DNA of 64,000 bases, taken from contig NIVC01001216.1 in NCBI GenBank assembly GCA_002269645.1, positions 270,340-334,339 on the forward strand, written 5' to 3'. Under the pieces are notes generated by a model. That model made no database searches, was not told the origin of the DNA, and was given only the letters and a program-made list of their open reading frames with translations. This document shows, in pieces, positions 26,001 to 38,000 of the stretch. A program made the position numbers and the translations under genes. Source of the DNA: Macrostomum lignano. Its lineage: Eukaryota. Within the stretch, counting starts at the first letter, position 1. Every line of letters begins with the position of its first letter.

Positions 26001-29000
26001 GGTTTAGTTTTAGAAGCGGATTGGTTTAGTTTTAGGGGCGGATTGGTTTAGTTTTAGGGGCGGATTGGTTTAGTTTCAGGGGCGGATTGGTTTAGTTTCA
26101 GGGGCGGATTGGTTTAGTTTTAGGGGCGGATTGGTTTAGTTTCAGGGGCGGATTGGTTTTAGTTTCAGGGGTGGCTTGGTTTAGTTTTAGGGGCGAATTG
26201 GTTTAGTTTCAGGGGCGGATTGGTTTAGTTTTAGGGGCGGATTGGTTTAGTTTTAGAAGCGGATTGGTTTAGTTTTAGGGGCGGATGGGTTTAGTTTTAG
26301 GAGCGGATTCGTTTAGTTTTAGGGGCGGATTGGTTTAGTTTTAGAAGCGGATTGGTTTAGTTTTAGGGGCGGATTGGCTTAGTTTCAGGGGCGGATTGGT
26401 TTAGTTTCAGGGGCGGATTGGTTTAATTGTAGGGGCGGATTGGTTTAGTTTCAGGGGCGGATTGGTTTAGTTTCAGGGGCGGATTGGTCTAGTTTCAGGG
26501 GCGGATTGGTTTAGTTTCAGGGGTGGCTTGGTTTAGTTTTAGGGGCGGATTGGTTTAGTTTCAGGGGCGGATTGGTTTAGTTTCAGGGGCGGATTGGTTT
26601 AGTTTTAGGGGCGGATTGGTTTAGTTTTAGAAGCGGATTGGTTTAGTTTTAGGGGCGGATTGGTTTAGTTTTAGGGGCGGATTGGTTTAGTTTCAGGGGC
26701 GGATTGGTTTAGTTTCAGGGGCGGATTGGTTTAGTTTTAGGGGCGGATTGGTCTAGTTTCAGGGGCGGATTGGTTTTAGTTTCAGGGGTGGCTTGGTTTA
26801 GTTTTAGGGGCGAATTGGTTTAGTTTCAGGGGCGGATTGGTTTAGTTTTAGGGGCGGATTGGTTTAGTTTTAAAAGCGGATTGGTTTAGTTTTAGGGGCG
26901 GATGGGTTTAGTTTTAGGAGCGGATTCGTTTAGTTTTAGGGGCGGATTGGTTTAGTTTTAGAAGCGGATTGGTTTAGTTTTAGGGGCGGATTGGCTTAGT
27001 TTCAGGGGCGGATTGGTTTAGTTTCAGGGGCGGATTGGTTTAATTGTAGGGGCGGATTGGTTTAGTTTCAGGGGCGGATTGGTTTAGTTTCAGGGGCGGA
27101 TTGGTCTAGTTTCAGGGGCGGATTGGTTTAGTTTCAGGGGTGGCTTGGTTTAGTTTTAGGGGCGGATTGGTTTAGTTTCAGGGGCGGATTGGTTTAGTTT
27201 CAGGGGCGGATTGGTTTAGTTTCAGGGGCGGATTGGTTTAATTGTAGGGGCGGATTGGTTTAGTTTTAGGGGCGGATTGGTTTAGTTTCAGGGGCGGATT
27301 GGTTTAGTTTTAGAAGCGGATTGGTTTAGTTTTAGGGGCGGATGGGTTTAGTTTTAGGAGCGGATTCGTTTAGTTTTAGGGGCGGATTGGTTTAGTTTTA
27401 GAAGCGGATTGGTTTAGTTTTAGGGGCGGATTGGCTTAGTTTCAGGGGCGGATTGGTTTAGTTTCAGGGGCGGATTGGTTTAATTGTAGGGGCGGATTGG
27501 TTTAGTTTCAGGGGCGGATTGGTTTAGTTTTAGGGGCGGATTGGTTTAGTTTTAGAAGCGGATTGGTTTAGTTTTAGGGGCGGATTGGTTTAGTTTTAGG
27601 GGCGGATGGGTTTAGTTTCAGGGGCGGATTGGTTTAGTTTCAGGGGCGGATGGGTTTAGTTTCAGGGGCGGATTGGTTTAATTGTAGGGGCGGATTGGTT
27701 TAGTTTTAAGGTTTAGGGTTTAGTTTTAGCATACCAGTTCAGCCTAGCGCACTCATACTCATGCACTCATACTCTCGAGTGCTCTTTGTCTAGCAACTAC
27801 GAGTAATTCATCGAAATTTCGTTAGTGAAAACAGAAAATTTCTCTTTGCCTCATCATGTTTGTCTGTGCCGAACGCCGGCGTTTGTTAAACAAACTGAAG
27901 GTCTCGTAAACGGAGTGACACTTTAGCAAGCTGTAGCTAGGGGGGGGGGACTTTCCCTCCCCTCTCTTACCTGTGCGCAGGCAGCAATGCCTGGGGAGAC
28001 GGTGAGTGAAAGGAGAGAAAAGTTGAGACGCGATAAAAAATAACAGCAGAAATTACTGAACCAAAAGATTATAAAAGCAAGTGTGCGCGCAAACTGTATA
28101 TCTGTAGCGACTTAGTGCGTGGGTTGGAGAGTTGTATTTAAAGCGATGCTCTGATAGACTTTACATTCAGGCATAGCTGAAAACATACAGAAAAACAGTC
28201 ATCTTACTGCCCCAATTTTGAACTATTTTACAAGGTCTCCGGTCACGTGGACCCGTCATTAATTTCCATGGCAACGGCTGCCGTGGACGCGGCCGCGCTT
28301 TCCCGAAGTCCCAACATGCAGAGAAGACCAATTCCTGGAATATCTGACTCGACAGTCACCCAGCAATACTATCCATCTCAGCAGCAGCAGCAGCAACAAC
28401 AGCAACAGCAATATTACCAGCCAGCAAAGCAATCCACGGCTTCCAACGATGCATTTGGTTGCGTTCCTCGCAACTTGGTCGATCAACTTGACGATCGGGA
28501 AGAGATCAGCCTGCGCGCTCAAGCTATTGAAGATCTGCGAACTCATCTGCGTCAGCTGGACACGCTGGAAGCTGCTGTGCCGCATCTGGAGAAGTTCTTG
28601 GCCTTCCTGCACAGTCTGCTGGACGACGTGAACTTTCGCATCGCCATCGTGACGCTGGACATCCTCTACCTGTTGGCCAATCGCCTGGGCAGTCGGCTGC
28701 AGCCTCACCTGCGCAGCCTCTTAGCCGGTATCACTAAACGAATGTCCGACGGTAAAAATGTTGTTCGAACGGCCCTAATGAAGCTCGCCATACTGCTCAT
28801 GCACAATCACAGGCCGCAGATTGTGCTAGACCTGTTGCTGAACAATCTCGAGCATAGGAACAGTCGCGTCCGGCAGGAGACGTTGAACATGACAATCTCG
28901 GCGTTAGTAACATTCCCCAGTTCTGACTTTGATCTGCCTCGCTTGTGCAACTGCATCGCCCCGGCTCTGCTCGATCCGAAGCGCCAGGTGCGCCACGCTG

Positions 29001-32000
29001 CCCTGGAAGTGATGGCGTTGCTGGCGCAGGGCCTGGGCAGCGGCCGTCTGCAGCCATTGCAGCTTGCGGTTCGCGAGCAGGAAACTCGACCGGATGCCAC
29101 CGGACTCTTCGAAGCCGTGATGAGTCGGCTGGCAAAACGACAGCTGCCTCGACTAAGCGCCGAAGGCCTGGTCGAATACGCCATCCCGGTGCCGTCGTCG
29201 GCCACTCGAAGGCCTCAAGCTGGCGGAGCGGCGGCGGGTAGCGGCGGAGCAAACGAGGACTGGGTGATGCAGGCGTCTGCCGGCGGCTACGGGTCAGCGA
29301 AGTCGCGCTCTGAGCTGGTCGACTTGGAGACCGACTCCTTGGGTGAGCGACGGCGTCGATGAAAACAGAGAGTGTGATGCGACGGAAATTGAGAGTGTGA
29401 TGCGACGGAAATTGAGAGTGTGATGTGACGGAAATTGAGAGTGTGATGTGACGGAAATTGAGAGTGTGATGCGACGGAAATTGAGAGTGTGATGTGACGG
29501 AAATTGAGAGTGTGATGTGACGGAAATTGAGAGTGTGATGTGACGGAAATTGAGAGTGTGATGCGACGGAAATTTAGAGTGTGATGTGACGGAAATTTAG
29601 AGTGTGATGTGACGGAAATTGAGAGTGTGATGTGACGGAAATGGAGAGTGTGATGTGACGGAAATGGAGAGTGTGATGCGACGGAAATGGAGAGTGTGAT
29701 GTGACGGAACTTGGGAGTGTGATGTGACGGAAATGGAGAGTGTGATGTGACAGAACTTGGGAGTGTGATGTGACGGAAATTAAGAGTGTGATGTGACCGA
29801 AATGGAGAGTGTGATGTGACCGAAATTGAGAGTGTGATGTGACGGAAATTTAGAGTTTTTAGGTACATAAAATAATTTGACAATTTTAAATAGCAGATCT
29901 GAAAGATATAAATAGACTTGAATAGCAATTCCTATTTTAGTTGTCTGCGCCAATATCGAATGTGTGGCTATTACATTCGCTTCTATCTGGAACTCAAGCT
30001 CTACCTTAACTGATAGGGCCATGCGATTAAAAGTAACTTAGCATGGGTTGGTGCTTATCAGATGAACTATCTAGCTATAGCGATTTCGTCATTGTGTTTT
30101 TGGCATTGCTTGCTTCAAAGTTGAAAGCTGCACAACCTTCGTGTACTTCAACATAGAAAATACGTCTTCGCTTTGAATTCCAGCTTCGGAAAGACGGAAG
30201 TCAAGCGCCGGCCGGCTAGCAAAAGGCAAACTGCCCTGGGAGCCCGCTGCAAGCGAGCCCGCCCCAGCGCCTAGTCAGGAGGTTGGCCGAGTGAGTCGCA
30301 TTTTTCAATATTTAAGTTGCTGAACTTACCAGTTTTTAATGCGTCTTCTTTCTAACTCCTAAACACCTCGCGCCGCGCCCGTCCTTTCTAACCACAAAAC
30401 CCCCACCTCATGCCGCGTCAGTCCTTTCTAACCCCAAAACCCCCACCTCACGCCGTGCCCCTTCTTTCTAACCCCCAAAATCCCCACCTCACGCCGCGCC
30501 TCTCCTTTCTAACCCCCAAAACCCCCACCTCACGCCGCGCCTCTCCTTTCTAACCCCCAAAACCCCCACCTCACGCTGCGCCTCTCCTTTTTAACCCCCA
30601 AAACCCCCACCTCACACTGAGCCTCTCCTTTTTAACCCCCAAAACCCCCACCTCATGCCATAACGTTTCTTTTTATCCCTAAACTTCTATCGCATACTAC
30701 GCCTTGTCTTTTTAAGTTAAAAATCCCATTTTATTTACGAACTTGTTTAATTTGGCACTTTTTGACGTCAATTGTGAACTTGCTGATTTCTAAAGCTCTC
30801 CAAAGCTCCGTCCTGAGCATTTGTATGATAGGTAAAGAGAGTTTACTGTGCTAATCAAATGTGCATAGCGTTCAAACTGTGGACCTTAAATCTCGGCGAT
30901 AACTAAGGCACTGAGCAAAACTGTATGCATACTTATAGAATTTATATATTTGCTCAATATACTCACTGAAGAGCCATGATGATGGCTGCTTCTCTCGTGG
31001 CTTTAAAACTCTCAAAGGAGAAGAACTACGCAGTATGGGAGAGTGAAAATTTCCACGCATGCATAGCGAGTGGGCCAAGAAAGAGAGAGAGAGAGCGAGT
31101 GTCACTGACACACGGTAGCCCGGGCTTATAGATTAGAGATGTACTTTTAGCTGAATCAAAGCGAGAACCTGTTAAAATGAGCTGCTCTGGCTTCTGAGAG
31201 ACTCTGGAGTAGCCGAATGGGGAAGAGAAAACCAAGTCGGAATTGCTTTGGGAAGTGAGTAGAGTACTAAATAAGTCCTAGTGTGTGTGTGTGATACTCT
31301 GCTTTTAATTCTTCTCTGTTTTTTGCTTCTCAGCACATTTTGCTTCTCTATGTTTCTCTTCCATTTTTTCTTATCTGTTTCTCATCTGTTTCTCATCTGT
31401 TTTCTTCCATTTCTCATCTGTCTATCATCTATTTATCACCTGTTTCTCATCTGTTCTCTTCCATTTCTCATCTGTCTATCATCTATTTATCACCTGTTTC
31501 TCATCTGTTTATCATCTGTTTCTCATCTGTTCTCTTCCATTTCTCATCTGTCTATCATCTATTTATCACCTGTTTCTCATCTGTTTATCATCTATTTATC
31601 AGCTGTTTATCATCTGTTTCTCATCTGTTCTCTTCCATTTCTCATCTGTCTATCATCTATTTATCACCTGTTTCTCATCTGTTTTCTACCATTTCTCATC
31701 TGTCTATTATCTATTTATCACCTGTTTCTCATCTATTTATCACCTGTTTCTCATCTGTTTCTCATCTGTTTCTCATCTGTTTCTCATCTGTTTCTCATCT
31801 GTTTCTCATCTGTTTCTCATCTGTTTCTCATCTGTTTCTCATCTGTTCTCTTCCATTTCTCATCTGTCTATCATCTATTTATCACCTGTTTCTCATCTGT
31901 TTCTCATCTGTTTCTCATCTGTTTCTCATCTGTTTCTCATCTATCGTATGTTTCTATCTTTTCCTGTTCCTGTTTCTACAGCTTCCTGTTTTTTTTGACT

Positions 32001-35000
32001 AACTAAAGAAATCGGCTTCCATTCCTTTCATTCACCTTAGGATTTTGTTCAGTTTCTATTTAAATCCCAGCACCGTATCTTTTTCGATTTGTTTTTCTAT
32101 CAGATTGCAAAATTGGGACAAAAAAGCCCCGATCTGAAAGCGAATAGCTGGCAGACGGGATTGTCATAGGGATCTATGACGTGAAGGAGAATATTTTTTC
32201 CACAACTACAACTGCTGCTTGACGGAAAATGATAAAGAAGCTTTGCTACAAACAATAGGGCATTGTTAGGCATTTTTTTGGTTCTCAGATCCCCTCAGAT
32301 CCTATTTGCGTCAGCACTGGGAGTGTGATAGCTATTGAATACCCCCCGTCTCCAGTATTGTGCTCAGTTTTAGCATATCGGATGGTAGCGAAGTGCTTTT
32401 AGCTCGTCAATAACATGCATGCAGATGAGCTTATTGAATAGAATTTTGCGTAACTCGTGTTAGCCATTTTGGCATCTGTTGCATATTTAAAATCCAGAAG
32501 TTCTTGGCGCCAATTCAAAATCCACAAAATCTAGGCGCCACTTCAAAGTTCACAAAATCTAGGCGCCAATTCAAAATTCACAAAATCTAGGGGCCAGTTC
32601 AAAATTCACAAAATCTAGGCGCCAATTCAAAATTCACAAAATCTAGGCGCCAATTCAAAATCCACAAAATATAGGCGCCAATTCAAAATCCACAAAATAT
32701 AGGCGTCAATTCAAAATCCACAAAATCTAGGCGCCGATTCAAAATTCACAAAATCTAGGCGCCAATTCAAAATCCACAAAATAAACACGCCACTTAAAAA
32801 TCCACAAAATATAGGCGCCAATTCAAAATCCACAAAATCTAGGCGCCAATTCAAAATTCACAAAATCTAGGCGCCAATTCAAAATCCACAAAATCAAGAC
32901 GCCAATTCAAAATCCACAAAATAAACACGCCACTTAAAAATCCACAAAATATAGGCGCCACTTCAAAGTTCACAAAATCTAGGCGCCAATTCAAAATTCA
33001 CAAAATCTAGGCGCCAATTCAAAATTCACAAAATCTAGGCGCCAATTCAAAATTCACAAAATCTAGGCGCCACTTCAAAGTTCACAAAATCTAGGCGCCA
33101 ATTCAAAATTCACAAAATCTAGGCGTCAATTCAAAATCCACAAAATCTAGGCGCCAATTCAAAATCCACAAAATCTTGATTTTCAGTCATGAAAAAAATC
33201 CTAATTTATTATAAATTTAGGCCTGTCTATCTTATATATTTATGATATTTTTTTGTCTTTTAACTGGCAATAAAATCTGAACTGCTAAGGTCGGCTTGAG
33301 TCGGGAACAGCTAAGCCACAGAGGGCAGTGTGTATTGTGCAAAGCATAGATTGCAGCAGAGCAGTGCAACCCTCCCCCCCCCCCCCGGTCTACACTCTCT
33401 CGGGCTAGCGCAAGCTATTTAGTTAAAAAAAACAGTTTTGGCAAACTAGAACTGGCGCACTCTATAATGCTTGCACGCATGCAGTAGGGGGTTTTTAAGT
33501 TAGGCTAGAAAATCCAGATAACGCAGAAGAAGAGCTGAGACCCTGCTGGAATCAAACTTAGAAGTCTATACACACTATGCTGGCGCACTAAATATATGCA
33601 GCTGTACAATATGCTGCGAGAAGAGATGGCTTCATTCTATTGCTATTTTCCTGTTCCTCTCACAGCCTCCCTCTCTCTCTTCATCGACAGACTCCGTATG
33701 CACACTTTTAGATTGTCTGTGAGAAGCGTCTTACGGGCTGCTGCTGGGTGGGTGGGTTGCCAGGGTAGGGCTACTTCGGATAGCTGTTTTATCGCCGCCG
33801 CAGCCGTCTGTGTTTTTCTCTCTCATTCTGATGCAGTTCTGTTTGGAGCCCCAAAAATGATCAACAACAAATTTTAACTACTATAGTGTAGTGCTAGTTA
33901 GTCTGTTTGCAAATTAAAAACTTCTAACCTTTTAGAATAAATGCAAAACATTTTTACACGATATGCATTTGCCGTAGTTGACCTAATAGCAATTGCTTTC
34001 GTGTGTAATAATGCTATAATAATTGATTTCACCTACCCTAATGGGCAGATGTGCAACCGACAGCTCAGCCGCAGCTATTGCGCGGATTTTACAGCTGGGT
34101 GAACTGAAGCAATGCAGAGTTAAGTGTCTTGCTCAAGGACACAAATTGTGTCAGTGTGATCGGGAATCGAACCCCCGACCTTCAAATTCGTCATGAGTCC
34201 GACGCTCTAAACACTAAAGGCTACAACCTTTAGCGTGTGAAGCCTTTTTATTAAAGTACTTTCAGTACTCTCTCTCGATGCTTGAGATGGTTTATGCTAT
34301 AACTATGATGTAGTCCAAAGCGAAAAGTGAAAAATTCCTTGCCCTTTTCTATCTACAATAAAAAGAGAATTGTTGACAATCTCAATAAAATTGTTTTTTT
34401 TTCATGCAACAGGCAAAGCAAAAGCCACCGCAGCAGCAACAACAACAGCAACAACAAGCAACTCATTCTAACGACCCGGCCTCTTCAACGTCTGTGCTGA
34501 ACTCGCGCCAACAGCCGCAGGCGCAACCGCCGCAGACGCAACCGCCGCAGGCGCAACCGCCGCAGGCGGAGTCCCCCGCAGGCCATCAGGGAGGCCCCAG
34601 CGCCTACGTGACCAACGGGCGGGTGAAAAAATTCTCAGAAATTCCAACAGACCAGCAGCCGAGAAAGGTGAAAAGATTTCTCGATCAGTCAGAGAAGCCG
34701 GAGCTGCAGCAGGGGGGCGACACCGCTTCGCCAGGTAAAAACTAAAACGAATGTAGTTGGTGCTTCATTTTTATGTTAAACTTTATGTATTTCAATTTAA
34801 TTCGATTTATGCATAATCTAAATGTTTTCTTTCGAATTCTTGAAGTTGAATTTAGGCATCAGAAATATCATTGTGAATCTTGCATTGTCATTTTAGATAA
34901 CAGGAAATGCTAGCTAGCTCGTATTTTAGATATCAGAATGTCGTTTTAGATATCAGAATGGCATTTTAGATATCAGAATGTCGTTTTAGATATCAGAATG

Positions 35001-38000
35001 TCGTTTTAGATATCAGAATGTCGTTTTAGATATCAGAATGGCATTTTAGATATCAGAATGTCGTTTTAGATATCAGAATGTCGTTTTAGATATCAGAATG
35101 TCGTTTTAGATATCAGAATGTCATTTTAGATATCAGAATGTCGTTTTAGATATCAGAATGTCGTTTTAGATATCAGAATGGCATTTTAGATATCAGAATG
35201 TCGTTTTAGATATCAGAATGTCATTTTAGATATCAGAATGGCATTTTAGATATCAGAATGTCATTTTAGATATCAGAATGGCATTTTAGATATCAGAATG
35301 GCATTTTAGATATCAGAATGGCATTTTAGATATCAGAATGTCATTTTAGATATCAGAATGGCATTTTAGATATCAGGGAATGTTATTATAGATTTTAAAA
35401 TACCATTTTAAGTCCGAGAACTAGTTTTAAACCTTAAAAGTTTCGAAAATTTACATTATATATTTGTAATATATTAATAGTATTAAAGTACGTTTTCGTT
35501 TTTGTTTCAAAAAAATAAGGTAGCTCTGTTTTTAATTCATTGTTAGACAAGCTTTATTTAAAACTATTATTATTTGTGTTGTTACGTGCCGTTAAAAACA
35601 ATTTGTTATTGTCTATCGATAGCAAAGTATAACTTTAAAAGAAAATAAAACGAACGGAACGAATTTCTTAGCAACCGCATCTAACGCGCAGGCAACCAGT
35701 GGAGCAGCGGTCCCACTGCTAAAGGTTCCTATTTGAAAAACTTGGAAAAGCAGTCGAAACCTCGACTAGTAAAGTCCAAACGACCCGAACTCATTACCTC
35801 CGACGTGCTTGATGACTTGCCTTCGACAAGCCGATCAGTGGCCTCTTCTCAGCCTCAGCAGGCTGCACCTGATCAAGAGGGCTCTGCCGGCAAGCTGCCA
35901 GCAATCCCAAAGCAACAACAACAGAAAAGAGCCTCTGGTGAGGCCCCCCCCCTTCTCAAAGCAACTAAATCCAGCTTACTAAATCTATTTTTAAGCACGT
36001 TGAAAATTATTTCCGAACAACACCAGTCCACACATTTTCCCCGAGAGTGTGAATGAGCACTGCAGTGTGTGATTGCATTAATTATTACTTAATTAATTGT
36101 TTGGCCTCGTGAAATTGTGATTGCGCCATTGCTAACCACCGGCTTGTCCATATAAGTCGGATTAAATTAAAAACGAAAAGAATAAAGCTCTAAATGTATA
36201 TGCTGATTACTGTCACACAGACTTCCTTATCTGATTGTTTAAAGAAGCGTCAAATTGGGATCACACATGTACAGTGCAAGATATACTTAAAATTATAGAG
36301 ACGTCAGTTCAGAATCATAGAGGCGTCAGTTCAGGATCATAGAGGCGTCAGTTCAGGATCATAGAGACGTCAGCTCAGGATCATAGAGACGTCAGCTCAG
36401 GATCATAGAGGCGTCAGCTCAGGATCATAGAGGCGTCAGCTCAGGATCATAGAGGCGTCAGTTCAGGATCATAGAGGCGTCAGTTCAGGATCATAGAGGC
36501 GTCAGTTTAGGATCATAGGGAAGTCAAACAACAAGATATTGAAAATCACCTGATTTGACCACCAGATGGCAGTATGTGGGATGTGGTGCTTAGATACACC
36601 AACAAAATTAAACTATGGTATATCAAAACAATTAAAAGGAATCAGTTCCCCATAGCTTTGCATGTTTACAGCTAATAATCAATATTTTTATAGAATTATT
36701 TGCAATCATTGGCGGCACTTTCAACTAGCAATTTTGCTCGTTTTAAAATCGGAATGAACATTTCTGCACAAGTTATTAAATTTATTCTACTCTACTATAA
36801 GAGTGTAACAACCAGGTATGAAACTATTGATAATTTGCTTTCCTAAGTCCCTATTGCGTCTTTCTTGCAGCGAAATCGAAATTTTCTGACAAAATTTCTG
36901 CTCCAAAAGAGCAACCACAGCAGCAGCAACAGCAGCAGCAGCAGCTGCCACAAGTGCAGGCTGCCATCCCGGCAAAATCTTTGGCGAGAGTCAATTCGAA
37001 AGGTTCTTGTAGCTGATTGGATTGCATTCACTTTTCACTGCCTCCATCTCCCCTTTTCCTTTCTTCTCTCCCTCTCTCACTCCCTTCCTCTCTCTCCCTC
37101 TCTCCCTCTCTCCCTCTCTCCCTTCCTCTCCCTTCCTCTCTCTCCTCTCTCTCCCTCCCTCCCTCCCTCCCTGTCTCCCTCTCTCATTCCCTGTCTCCCT
37201 CTCTCATTCCCTGTCTCCATCTCTCCCTATCTCTCCCTCTCTCTCTCGTTTCGTATCGGTCTTTCTCTCCCCTCTCCTTATCCCTCCGCCAGTGTCCGGT
37301 GTTTTGTAGATCTAAAATGCGGGATGGTTAATGAGTAGTTCTCAAAATAAAAAAATATTCTCATTGTAGCGATTTGAAAATGATACTGTAGCGAAGTTAA
37401 TTATGACGTGAATATCTGTGATAAAAATTATTAAAGCTTTACCATGATGAGACGCAGTTCTCATTTCTAACTATTTAACATAGCATTTTTTGTTTCGTTT
37501 AATTGCTCAACATTTTTTGGACATAACTTTCAATTTTATGAGTCGTATTTCCTGCCCGTGAATATTAAAATAAGATATTATATTTGATTACTTACCCACA
37601 CAGACTCTGTGGCAGCCTCTGAAGCGAAAAACAAAAGACAGGGCGGACCCAGCTACGATTCGGGCAATGGAGACGGTAAGCAGAATTTAGACAGATCTTT
37701 TTGTGTAAATAAAATTCTATTTTTGTGCCTTTTCACGTTGATAGTGAATTTTTGAGAGTGAAGGGTGTACTGTAGAAATGAAAAGACCGATGGTCCGCCA
37801 AAAACTATTTGGAGCTGAGGCTCAAGCGAGACGATATCAAAACGTAAACCGTAAGCCGTACACAGGGCTAATAAGCCCTCTCGATGATATATATATTTAT
37901 TGCAGTCAGTCAGAATCAGCCAGCGTGGAGGGGGTGGGTGCAGAGATGGGCCTGGGCTAAATCAGCGTACATAGAAAATTGAATAATAAACACGTACGTA

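Noticed and set aside
25012-27725. True telomere or telomere-fusion scar
   Set aside because: TTAGGG occurs only as part of a 22-bp unit, with no pure (TTAGGG)n run or head-to-head junction.
34150-34225. Functional tRNA-Met gene
   Set aside because: The anticodon arm is disrupted by an insertion, the acceptor stem does not close, and a SINE body follows.
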